A DNA stretch of 64,000 nucleotides from Eledone cirrhosa (taxonomy: Eukaryota): NCBI GenBank assembly GCA_964016885.1, contig OZ024742.1, forward strand, positions 219,604,001 through 219,668,000, in the 5' to 3' direction. Positions 24,031-35,186 of this stretch are shown here, piece by piece. Under the pieces are notes generated by a model, which worked only from the letters and a program-made list of their open reading frames with translations, made no database searches and was not told the origin of the DNA. The first letter of the stretch is position 1; each line of letters opens with the position of its first letter. The position numbers were made by a program, and so were the translations under genes.

Positions 24031-24369
24031 CTCAACACTTTCTGGCTCCAGTTGTAATGAGAAACCAGCTGCATCTAGGCTCCTTCTCATTATGTCATTC
24101 TGGTTTACATTAATTAGTCAGTTGAGTTAGTTTAGAAGTGTTAGGTATTTAGCTACATTGGTTTAGTTAATTGACTGTGTTAGTATAGTTAGTTGGTTGT
24201 ATCAGTATAATTAATTAGTCATGTTAGTTTAATTATATTTATGTATCTATGGTCATGTTGGTATAACTAATAAATTAGTTGTGTCGGTGAAAGTAGTCAT
24301 ATGGTGCTGGGAGCAGTGTATGTGTGATGATGTGAGTGTCGATAGGAGGTGGAAAAGAGCTGACTAAAG

Positions 24370-25545
24370 GAAGAGGGGCAGTGCATTTAGGCCATTTCCA
24401 GTAAAGGTTTGAAGAGACAAAGCAATATGCTGTGCTCTCCTGAGATATATGTTTGGGGTTCCGTGGCAAGCAACGAGGCCGAAAACTGAGAGGTGGTAGG
24501 TGGAATGTCCAGCAGAGTGGAAATGTTAGGCAACCGGAGACTGGTTGCCGAGCCAAGTATCCTGAAGATGCTCAGCAAACCTCTCCACTAGTCAACAACC
24601 AGTTTGTCCAATGTATGTGGCCTCATATAACATGCAACACAGCCTGTAGACAAGACTCATTGGGGTGCAGCAGGAGTCCCTAACTAGGAAGAACTGGCCG
24701 TTGGGACCAGTGAGTTGACAGAAGAGAACAGCGGCGAGGAGATGTTGGAAGTTGTGCACGCTTGAAGGAGAGGTTGGGGGGAAAATGGGGTTAGTGGAAG
24801 GGTTTGACAAGAGACGGAGGATCATCTCTAGCGAAGCAAAATGAGGATGGTGGCTCACCAAGTGAACAATCTAGCCATGTAATGAGCCTATGTTTTAAAA
24901 TCATGGGTCCTACTACACAGGCTGTGGAGGTAGAGGAATTGGGAGTAGGGGATGGAGTCGTTGAAGAAAGTGGAGATGAGGGAATGACAAGAAGTGGCAA
25001 TGCAGACAGATATGTACAGGAAATGGATGGAAGTGGTGGAGATAGAGGCAGTGAAGTTGAGGGCAGAGTGGAAGGAGCAGAGAAAAGAGAGGAGTCAAGC
25101 TTCTCCCGAATGAGTGAGGGAACACCAATAGTCTTTAATATTATGGCCATATTGCTCAGGGACGGGGCTCAGTTTACTGGGTAAAGATTTGGGCCTCTAT
25201 GTAGCCAATGAATAAGTTGGGGTTGTTGGGATCTATGGCCACCCCAGCTGTGTTGGTAAAACTCACCCGAGAAAGAAAACCAGTTGAGGGTGAGGACCAG
25301 CTCAGCAAGATGGATGAAGGTCGTGGAAGTGTTAGCGAGCACAGAGGCCTTCAGCATGGAAGAATATATGTCAATTGTGAAAAGGAGATGGGGGGGGGGG
25401 GGGGCAGGAGGGAAGACGAAAAGTTGGTGTCAGATGTGGGAGGGGAGAACAGCTACTAGGTGTGTAAGTATGGAGTTAAGGTAGGTGGAGAGGAGTTTGG
25501 TGGGGCAGCCAGGGGTGTTAGGTTTGTGTATTTTGTGGAGGAAGT
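24370..25545 (-). mobile_element. Degenerate Penelope-like element related to the 18360-22835 family
   Basis: HLAELVLTLNWFSFSGEFYQ, LVYRLCCMLYEATYIGQTG and GLNALPLFL match the young copy, with many stops and frameshifts. Confidence 0.8.
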
Positions 25546-26300
25546 ATTGGCTTTGCTGTGATGACCCGTCTGCTGTCTATACTGAATAAGAAGTAGTGAG
25601 CAGCTCATGTTAGTTCATATTCCCCTTGTAAATAACCATTATGTCATGTTACTGAGTGCCCAAGAACCAACTTTACCTTCTCACAGTTAAGACAAAGTTT
25701 GCTTCTTATCAATCAGATTAAAATACCCAAACAAGACGAAGTCATTGCAAGGAGTGATTTTATTGTGAGAACAAGAACAAACTAAAAATCTAAAAATGAA
25801 TGATAAGGAACCACAATGTTAGGAAAACAAATATTTTCTCCTGTTTAACATGGTTTTTCAATGGAAATAACTTTCCACAAATTTCACATCTATAAAGTTT
25901 TGCATCTATGTTTTTCAGTTATGATTAATGAGATTGTGTTTCTGTAAGAATCTTAATGACAAATAGTGAATAATTTGTCACCAGAGTGTGCATGTGGCTA
26001 CATGGCTAAAGCTCAGAAAATATTTGACACAAATATATTTTTCTCCAGTGTCTACATTAAGTAGATTTACTTCGCATAAAATGATTTTCTCACATAATTC
26101 ACATAGAAATAATTACTTTTTCTCCATGAAACACTTGTTTGAGGGGGTGTTTCTCCTCTGAAGACCTTCTGCTGTCTAGTTCTCCTGAGAGTTTCTTACG
26201 ACTATAAACTGGGATTTCTGACATATTTCATCATGATAAATGTTCTCCAATGTGTACTTGTTAGTGGACAATAAATTTAGATTTGTAAGAGAAAGATTTC

Positions 26301-28346
26301 TTACATTTTATAGTTAAAAAACTTCCCTCCTCTGTGTATTGGTTTGTGTCTTTTTAATCGATTGCTAGTGATAAAAGATTTCCCACAAATTTCACAATAG
26401 GGTCTCTCCCCAGTGTGTCTACGTATGTGAATTACATGACTAGAATTATCAGAAAATGATTTCCCACATGTTTTACAGTGATAGGGCTTTTCTCCAGTGT
26501 GTCTTCGTTTATGGACTACAAGATTACAATTAAATATGAATGACTTCCCACATACTTCACTATGATAGGTTTTTTTTCCAGTGTGTATTCTTTTGTGGTT
26601 TATTAGAGCACTACACGAGACAAAAGATTTCCCACATATTTTACAATGATAAGGTTTTTCACCAGCGTGTGTTCTTTTGTGGGTTATTAAATCACCATTT
26701 GAGACAAAAGATTCTCCACATAATCCACAACTGTAAGGCTTTTCTCCAGTGTGTATTCTTTGGTGTGTTTTTAAAGCACCATTAGAGACAAATGATTTCC
26801 CACATATATCACAACAATATGGCTTTTGTCCTGTGTGCCTACGTCTGTGAACTATAAGATTAGAATTATCTGCAAAAGATTTCCCACATATATCACAATG
26901 AAATGGTCTTTCCCCAGTGTGACTACGTTTATGAACTACAAGACTAGAATGAACAAAGTATAATTTCCCACATATTTCACAATGAAATGGCTTTTCTACA
27001 GTGTGTATTCTTTTGTGTTTTGTTAGGAGACTATTTGCTATAAATAATTTCCCACATATTTCACAATGATATGGTTTTTCTCCAGTGTGTATCCTGATGT
27101 GGTTTGTTAACCGATTATTGAGGATAAATGATTTCCCACATATTTCACAATGATAGGGTTTTTCTCCAGTGTGATAACGCTTATGAAGTACAAGTGCGTA
27201 ATTAACAGAGAATGATTTCCCACATATTTTACAATAATAAGGTTTTCCACCAGTGTGACTACGTTTATGGATATCAAGATTACAGTTATCAGAATACGAT
27301 TTCTCACATATTTCGCAGTAAAGTCGCTTTTCTCCAGTGTGCATTTTTCTATGCTTTGTTAAGACACCATTAGTGATAAATGATTTTTTGCATATTTCAC
27401 ACTGCAAAAGTTTTTCTGCAGTGTGACCATGCATGTGGATGACAAGAGAATTACTATTGAATAATTTCCCACATATTTCACAGTGAAACAAGTTTTCTCC
27501 AGTGTGTATTGCTCTATGTTTTGTTAGTACACTATTTGCCATAAATGATTCTCCACATATTTTACAATGATAGGGCTTTTCTCCAGTGTGTAATCTTTTA
27601 TGAACGACAAGTTTATAATTAGCAGAGAATGATTTCGCACATATTTCACAACCATAGGGTTTTTCTCCACTGTGTATTATTTTGTGTCTTGTTAAAACAC
27701 CATTAGATGTGTAAGATTTCCCACATATTTCACAATCATAAGGCTTTTCTCCAGTGTGTACTATGTTATGTTTTTTTAATTGACTATTAGAGGTAAAAGA
27801 TTTTCCACATATTTCAGTCATAAGGGTTTTCTCCAGTGTGTATTTTTCGTGTCTTATTAAATCAGAATTAATAGGGAATGATTTCTGACATATTTCACAT
27901 CGAAACAGTTTTTCTCCAGTGTGCATTCTTTTGTGTTTTGTTAAATATCTATTACAGGAAAACAATTTCCCACATATTTCACAATGATAAGGTTTTTCTC
28001 CGGTGTGACTACATTTCTGGACAAGAGTCGATTTCTGAGGGAAAGATTTGCCACATATCTCGCAGTGAAACAGTTTTTCTCCAGTGTGTGTTCTTTTGTG
28101 TTTTGTTAAATTACTGTTAGAGACCAAAGATTTGCCACATATTTCACAATAGAAGAGGTTTTTCCTGTTGTGTATTGTTTTGCGCATGAAAAGTTCAGGT
28201 TCAGAAGGGAATCTTTTTGGACAAATCTCACAACTATATTCAGAAGTATTTTTGTGTAATGATTTTTTATTTGTAATTGTTTCATTAAGTAAAAGTCTCT
28301 CACCACCGTATGTCTGTATACCAGAACCTATACTGTCAAAACCAGT
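26301..28346 (-). CDS. Poly-C2H2 zinc-finger protein (about 20 or more fingers), copy A; ORF open but native start deleted, possibly a pseudogene
   Basis: Tandem CxxC-x12-H-x3-H with TGEKPY linkers in a single exon. The ORF-track start at 28358 is a TTG beyond a deletion junction at 28346. Confidence 0.8.
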   Translation of the reverse strand, partial: TGFDSIGSGIQTYGGERLLLNETITNKKSLHKNTSEYSCEICPKRFPSEPELFMRKTIHNRKNLFYCEICGKSLVSNSNLTKHKRTHTGEKLFHCEICGKSFPQKSTLVQKCSHTGEKPYHCEICGKLFSCNRYLTKHKRMHTGEKLFRCEICQKSFPINSDLIRHEKYTLEKTLMTEICGKSFTSNSQLKKHNIVHTGEKPYDCEICGKSYTSNGVLTRHKIIHSGEKPYGCEICAKSFSANYKLVVHKRLHTGEKPYHCKICGESFMANSVLTKHRAIHTGENLFHCEICGKLFNSNSLVIHMHGHTAEKLLQCEICKKSFITNGVLTKHRKMHTGEKRLYCEICEKSYSDNCNLDIHKRSHTGGKPYYCKICGKSFSVNYALVLHKRYHTGEKPYHCEICGKSFILNNRLTNHIRIHTGEKPYHCEICGKLFIANSLLTKHKRIHTVEKPFHCEICGKLYFVHSSLVVHKRSHTGERPFHCDICGKSFADNSNLIVHRRRHTGQKPYCCDICGKSFVSNGALKTHQRIHTGEKPYSCGLCGESFVSNGDLITHKRTHAGEKPYHCKICGKSFVSCSALINHKRIHTGKKTYHSEVCGKSFIFNCNLVVHKRRHTGEKPYHCKTCGKSFSDNSSHVIHIRRHTGERPYCEICGKSFITSNRLKRHKPIHRGGKFFNYKM

Positions 28347-28429
28347 TTTGGGAATCAAAATATTATCCTGAATATAAATGATACTGTGAGGAAATGAATT
28401 TTTCTCCTTCCAATTCTGAAACCGGCTGG

Positions 28430-28800
28430 ATAATCCAGAGTTGATGGGAAGAGCCCAGATGGTCTTACCCTTTGTCTATGGGTAGATATCTCATCTGGGA
28501 CGTCACACTCTTTTGCTCAATGCCACATCCTAGATGCTGAGGGTCACTGCTTCCGTATCGGAGGTGAATACAATTTTAAAGTAGCGGAATTTATCGGTAA
28601 ACCATTTTTTCCAGCCTCTTGGGAACGAGACGTTTGGGGAAGCTGGTTGCTGACAGCGAAGTTTTTGTCATTGTCGTTGTACCGAACTGTCAGGTGATGT
28701 CCGTGAAGGTGCTTGGTTGTTTCAGTGCCCTGAGCTCACCATCACCTGCGGTAATGCTGCGAGCGTGTTTGGCTTGCTTAAAAAAGTTCCGATGTCCTTT
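28430..28800 (+). mobile_element. Old CRE-type 3' endonuclease fragment
   Basis: [11 protein letters not shown]...WDVT...GNAASVFG-like motifs across frames. Paralog at about 55985-56350. Confidence 0.6.
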
Positions 28801-29423
28801 GTGGTGTGTGACCGATTGGCGCACTTAGTCTTCAACTAATGCTTTTTTCCCTATTTTTTTTTCGCTTTGGTTAACTCAACAAATAAATACTTACCAATGT
28901 ACTTATCAAATAACTTGGCCTTCTAATTAATTTTAGGGACAGAGAACAACGTGAAGTGAAGTTAGTGGTTGTTGTGGAAGGGGATGATAAACACGACAAA
29001 CAACAATTTTGGTTAGATATAATACTTTACTTCACTTCAGTTAAAAAGGGGAAAAGAATATGATTACTTCATCTCGCTATTTGCTTGAGCAGGTCAAAGT
29101 GATACTTCTTTTCCGAGTTACCAGAGTTGAATGAGAGAAAGAAAAAACTTATCTCACTTCACCTCAAGCTAACCAGCCAGTCCAGACAAATGACACCAAC
29201 CGAGATAAAGAGAAATAGCAACTATTCAAGGGTCAGAGTGTGTGAAGAGATTTCGCTACAAACGTAGGTTTCGATGGCAATCGACACAAAAAAAAAACAA
29301 GCAGCCAATCCCTGGTATTTAGCTAATTTCTGCTCCATGCATTGCGTGCAGCGTTTCCCAGGTTTGGTGGCCGAAGGGAAAGTGTCATAACATGCAGTCT
29401 CCCAGATGAAGGATTTACCCCTC

Positions 29424-29560
29424 TCAAACGTCTAGAAAGTTCACCACTCTATGATTAGACTTAATAGTTATGGTGAGCCCCAAAGTTTTGAAAAACCTAT
29501 GTAATTGCTTATTAAGATTGTCGATCCTGCGTTGATTATACTTCTTAAAAATAAATAAAA
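29424..29560 (-). mobile_element. Penelope-like RT fragment
   Basis: RRIDNLNKQLHRFFKTLGLTITIKSNHRVVNFLDV. Paralog at 56919-57050. Confidence 0.7.
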
Positions 29561-29876
29561 GCATCGTTTCTATACAAACCACCCCATAGAGCAGGAATCT
29601 CTTCCTTGTGTCTATGTAGTAAATCCCCCATCCTGTGTAAGGTGGGAATTGAATTTCGGATATATTCTGCTTCAATTTAATACGTTTGATTAATCCTCTG
29701 AAGATGGAAAAGTTCAAATATATCTATATCATTTTGTATGTCTAACACGAGACTGTTTGTTATCCTTCCAATGACGGATAATTTTGGAAGTATACCTTTG
29801 ACACGGTGAGTGTCGAGGTAAATATAATCATAATTTAATTTTTATTTCAAATGTTTATAGTGTTTTTACAAAATAA

Positions 29877-30060
29877 TTGTTTCTACTTTAGGCACAAGGC
29901 CAGCAATTATCCAGTACATTACTGGTACTTTATTTTATCGAGCCCGTAAGGATGAAAGGCAAAGTTAACTTCGGAGGGATTTGAACTCAGACTGTAAAGG
30001 GACGTAACTATGCTAGAAAGCATGGTGTCCAACCCTCTACCGATACTGCCAATTCACCGC
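29877..30060 (-). mobile_element. tRNA-derived SINE
   Basis: Same family as 16775. An inverted partial copy lies at 30218-30300. Confidence 0.8.
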
Positions 30061-30467
30061 TACAAAATAATGTTAATTGTAAAGGAACAAGTAATTTAAA
30101 AAAGAGCAAAATATTTACCGGTGGTGTTATTATTTGATACTTTAGCTGATTTATAGTAATGATAGTGATATTTGTATCAACAGAGGTCACCAATATAGCA
30201 GTAAATTAATAGTCACCAGTTAACCGCTGAGGTTAACTTTGCCTTTCATAAAATAAAGTACTGGGTAATTGCTGACCTTGTGCCAAAAGTAGAAACAATT
30301 ATTAAATATTTATAATGTTTTTCTAATTATTTTGTAGTCATTTCTCATTTATTATTTTATTTATCAAATGTTAATTTGATAACATTTCTATTTAAACTAT
30401 CAGTGTTGTAGGAATGCCAAATGCAGAAAATAACTGTAACCACAATCAAATTGTGGAGAATTGAATT

Positions 30468-30562
30468 CAGTAGTAGTAGTAGCAGTAGCAGTTGCAGCAG
30501 CAGCAGCAGCATTAGTGGCGGTGGTGGTGGTGACGGCAACAGCAGTAGTAGTAGTAGCAGTA
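30468..30562. repeat. Compound trinucleotide microsatellite (TAG/CAG/GGT)
   Basis: Read directly. Paralog at 57962-58060 has one more CAG. Confidence 0.85.
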
Positions 30563-31427
30563 GTCTGTCTAGTTTGAGGCAATGAAATAACAGAAATGGT
30601 TAAGTATTGGCCTAAATAGCTTATAGATATAAACATCTTCCAAAGCCAGTGTTTTGAGGTGCAGCTCCCACTAAAAACGAATGAATACAAAATGATTTGT
30701 ATCTTTGCTTCAGTGATGATTAGAAGCCGATTTTGTTTTTTGTGTAACAGAGTGATTCGGATGAGGGTTAGGGTTACTGTAAGATCTTCAAAAAGACCAT
30801 TGTATGTACAACTGTTTATTGGATTTCTATTAACACAAAAAACTTAACAAATGTATGTCCCTGATGACATTAAGTACAAAACATACCTTTTGGTGAAGCC
30901 AGCTCTTTATATATGAGCATTGAAGCAAGTATGAAGACTATTGTAGTAACATTCAAGACAAACCATTCGACCAAGCAAAAATGGATTGGTTCCTTGTTTT
31001 TCCTTTATAATTTAATTTTATTTTTATTCCCTCATAAAGTATTAAAAATTATATTCTTCTTAATAAGTCGAAACAAATATTATTGCAGTATTAAACTTGT
31101 TTCTTTCACAAAAGATGAATGAAACAAATACACACCCACTCATACCCATATGTGTTTGTGTGTATGTACTCAGCATGGTCACACACGGTGTCACTTTATC
31201 CAGAAATAGAGAAGAATTGAGTATATCATCTTCCTATAGAAAATACTAATATGCTACTACAACTGTCCAAAGACATGATAGTACATAGATTGTACTGGTA
31301 AGGTCATGTGATCTATAGTATAGTGTAAAATGTTAGAGGGAAGGTTGTATTGGTAAGGACATATGACTACACACAAAGGATGTCAAATCTACACAAGAAG
31401 AAGACTGAGTAAGATGTTTGATAATAA

Positions 31428-31605
31428 TTCTTTCTACTTTTGGCACAACGCCAGCAATTATCCCAGTGCATTACTGGTGCTTTATTTTATCGACCCCATA
31501 GTGATGAAAGGCAAAGTTAACCTCGGCAGGATTTGAACTAAGACCGTAAAGGGCCATGTCTCTATGCTGCAAAGCATAGCGTCCGACCCTCTACAGATAC
31601 TGCCA
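31428..31605 (-). mobile_element. tRNA-derived SINE
   Basis: Same family as 16775. Paralog at 58924-59101. Confidence 0.78.
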
Positions 31606-31609
31606 TAAT

Positions 31610-33010
31610 GAAATTATTGTGTACAGTGCTCAGGTGCACTACAACTCATCAAAGGTGCATGTATAGGATATAGAATAATGTACAAATGTCAGGAAAGTGA
31701 ACAGTGTATGAGTCATGATATACACACAGATACATGTATGCACGTGTATGGAGGTAGAATATCAGGTGGCGAATTTCGGGAAGCATGGAGGTTTTGAAGG
31801 ATGCAGTGTCCCAACAGCTAACAACTGATGCAGGTAGTATGTTCCATGCTTCAGCAACTCTGAACATGAAAAAATGTTTCCAAAAGTCATGGGAGCTGTC
31901 CTGTTTTCTGATTTGTAGGCATGCCCATGGGTGTTAGACACATGGAATTCAAAAAGGTGCTCAGGGTTAATAATTTTGTTGGTGTTTATTAAGTCAGTTG
32001 CTAAACGTTGGAGCTTCAATGTATCCATGCCCAGGGAAGCAAGGTGTTCAGAGTATGGTAGATACCTGATGGAGGGTATTTGCTTGGTTGCATGTCTCTG
32101 AACAGTTTCCAGGAAATCAATATTCTGAGCAAGATAGGAGTTCCAGACTGGTGATGCAAATTCTAAGTGTGGCCTCATCATAGCTATATATAGCTTTAAA
32201 TAGATAACTGGAGAGTGGCTGACAAAATTCTTACTGAGTGATGCTAAGACACCTTCGGCCTTCTTGACAATTTTAGAGATGTGCTTTGTCCAACGCAAAT
32301 CCAGGTCATATTCACAAGAAGACTTCTTGAGGTTAATGTTGTGGAGGGAGTATGTGACCGCTGGGTTTTTCCTCCCAAAATGCATGGTGGTACACTTGTC
32401 CACAGCCAGCTTGAGTTGCCAGTCTGTGATCCATTGTTGCATTGTGTCCAGGTCTGATTGCAGGAAAGATCTTTAGTGTTCAGGATATGTCCTTTTTATC
32501 TCAATGTCATCTGCATATTTCAGTACTATGGCATTATTTAAGTTGGCATCTATGTCATTAATGTGTGCAACAAACAAAAGGGGACCAAGAACAGATCCCT
32601 GTGGTACACCAGATGACATCTTATAGGGTGAAGACTGCTGTCCTAGAACCATGTCTACCTCTTTTCGACTGAGAACGAAGGACTTCAACCAATTATAAAG
32701 ATCATCTCTCACACCCATTGCAGAGAGTTTTGTCATAAGTCTTTTGTTGGCACAGAATTAAAAGCTTTAGCAAAGTCAAGATAAACAATATCCACACATG
32801 AACCACCATCAGTGATCCAGGTAATGTCTTCAAGAAACTCAATGAGTTGATCACTGCAGCTGGAGTTAAGGATAAATCCAAATTGCAAGGGCTAGATAAG
32901 GCTGTGAGAATTCCAGAAGTTCCAGAGTGTTTCTCTGACACAGAATTCCATCATGAAGTGGTAAAATCTGATCCCTGGATCTCTGGATGCTGAACCTCCA
33001 TACAACCTAT
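31610..33010 (-). mobile_element. CR1-group LINE, 3' RT half, degenerate
   Basis: SGVPQGSVLGPLLF..INDI, KYADD, WQLKLAVDKC, RPHLEFASPVW, ETVQRHATK, RVAEAWNILP. Confidence 0.9.
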
Positions 33011-33409
33011 ATCACACATCCTTCAGGACCAACATGAGCCACTTTACAAGAGTACCTAGTCTCTAAATGTCCCTCCTCACTCATGTTTCTCCTGCTGATG
33101 CTGTTTTACAGATGTTCAGGCTGAACATTAACTGTACAACTCACACCAGTCTGAGAGAGTTTGCTGTGATCATAAGACCTGTTCCTTCTATTTAACTGAC
33201 TAAACAATAAAGACTAAAGTTTACACAATCAATCACAAATACTCAACTTGTGTATATTTTACAAACCACAGTAAGATAAAAGGATTTGAACTTCAATCAT
33301 TTGGACTATTGAATATTCTATACACTTGTATTTTACTAGTGGAACCCCTGCATATTGTTTTGATGCAATCATTTATAGGGCCTTGCTAGCAGAGGGAACT
33401 AACATTAGT

Positions 33410-33449
<40 letters not shown>
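33410..33449. repeat. (GAT)n microsatellite
   Basis: Read directly. Paralog at 60907-60943. Confidence 0.9.
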
Positions 33450-33451
<2 letters not shown>

Positions 33452-34409
33452 CCATAACATTTCACATATGACATGGTTCCTAATAACCACTGTACAAAAT
33501 GTATTTTATCATGGTATTAATACTGGAGAGGTTGTAACGTTCACAAGAAAGACTAAAGTGTCTTTTCTACCTTACATTGTTCCCATTTGATAGGCAACCA
33601 CTTTACAGAGTGTACTGGGTGAGCTTTATTATAGCATTTGCACCATTGAAGATGCTATGATTTCAGTAAGGTTAAAGAATCCTCTTCGCTTAACATTGTC
33701 TCTCTTCATTCAAGTAAAACAGTTATTCAAGGAAAGCAGTTTTAGGAATGAGAGATTAATAATGGAGAAAGCAATGGAAATGAAACAATGATGGTATTAG
33801 TAATTGTGGGCCAATGTCTGTGTGTCTGTGTGTGTCATCAAGACTGTGTGTGTTTGTTAATCAGTGTATGAAAAAATAAATAAAAAAAATTGTGAAGTTA
33901 TTTAAGTTTAACAAACAAACAAAAGGAAAGTTTCTACTTATTTAACGCTTGGACAACGTTTGACAACACTGCTAGTGTAGCTGTAGCTATGTGTGTGTGT
34001 AAATATTGCTGTTGGAAAATTTTGGTCTGGCAGCCCTTGTCAGTGGAGGCACGTAGACTAGTGGTAATGGTGTTGGACTTGCAATCATAATATTGTAGGT
34101 TCGATTCCTGGACTGGTTTGAGTGTTCTGTTCTTGAGCAAAGCACTTAATTTCACATTGCTCCACTATACTTAGTTGAAAATGAGCACTGCCAGCAATAG
34201 TCTTGTAATCTCAGTGATTTCATGCCAGGGAAACTGGGATAAGCACCAGCCTGATCAGACTCTAGGCAATAGACAGACTTTAGAACCATTTCTACAGTGA
34301 TGAAACTCCCAACCTTTCTTCTTCAGGCATATTGTACCTTGGACAATACTATACAAAATGTCTTTTTGGTATTATTATAGACCATCCACTTTGATTTCAG
34401 TGGGGAAAT

Positions 34410-35186
34410 ATTTTTTTCCTTGTTTTTTTCCCACGTGTTATCAACTAATCAGACCACCAAGATGCTCGCAATCACTCTTTTATTCCATTTTTGCATGTTA
34501 TCAACAAATATGATCTCCAAACCAGTTGGAAATGACTGGCTTCGTAGAAAAAGGAGAGGGAAATGGGATGGAAAGACCATCAGTTTCCCAAATCTACATT
34601 CCTCTTGCATTTGATTGGAAATAATTATTTTTCTTCATTTTTTTTTTCAAGTGCATCATCTAATCTGACCTCCAAGATACTCACAATTGACTTTTTTTCC
34701 AGATAAGGGTTAGGGTTTGGTCAGATTAATTGATAGCACACGAAAAAAAAAGAAGAAAAATAATTATTTCCAACCAAATGCAAGACGAGTGTAGATTTGC
34801 GAAACTCCGATGGTCTTTCCGCCCCCTTTCACCCTTCTTTTTCTACAAAGCTAATCGTTTTCGACTAGTTTAGAGGTCATATTCATATATAATATGTGAA
34901 AAAAATGCGCATTGAAAACTCAGCGGAGGGGGTTATCCGGAAAAGGAACACCACCTCCACCCCTCCATTTTCTTGGAAAAAAAAGTCCATTGTGAGCATC
35001 TTGGAGGTTAGATTAGTTGATTGTACACGAAAAAACTGAAAACATTTTTTTTGATATTATTATTATTGAATAATTTTGGGGGAAACATGTCGGAAACTAC
35101 AAGATTTGTAGAAAAAAACGAGAACTCTTAGATGCTCGCATGGACTTTATTCCAGGATTAGGGTTAGATTTAGGGTTACATGGCTT
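34410..35186. mobile_element. Foldback-type repeat with TTAGGG-like loops; continues beyond the CRE insertion (38291-38470, and 2306-2480 in A)
   Basis: The module gagcatct..aggttagattagttgat..cacgaaaa occurs in both orientations around gggttagggtt spacers. Paralog at 61910-62766. Confidence 0.55.

Larger units (their letters stand above)
1..35186. repeat. Tandem segmental duplication unit A (start lies outside the window)
   Basis: Position 1 (ccacactaaaacaggcaagg) recurs at 35858. Gene and TE order is colinear with unit B. A is longer because of private insertions at 6047-11313 and about 18360-22835. Confidence 0.95.

Noticed and set aside
30357-30690. Poly-Ala/Thr/Leu ORFs
   Set aside because: Trinucleotide microsatellite translation without domain or splice support.
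34705-34718. True interstitial telomere
   Set aside because: Only about 2 TTAGGG units embedded in a foldback repeat; too short to call a telomeric array.
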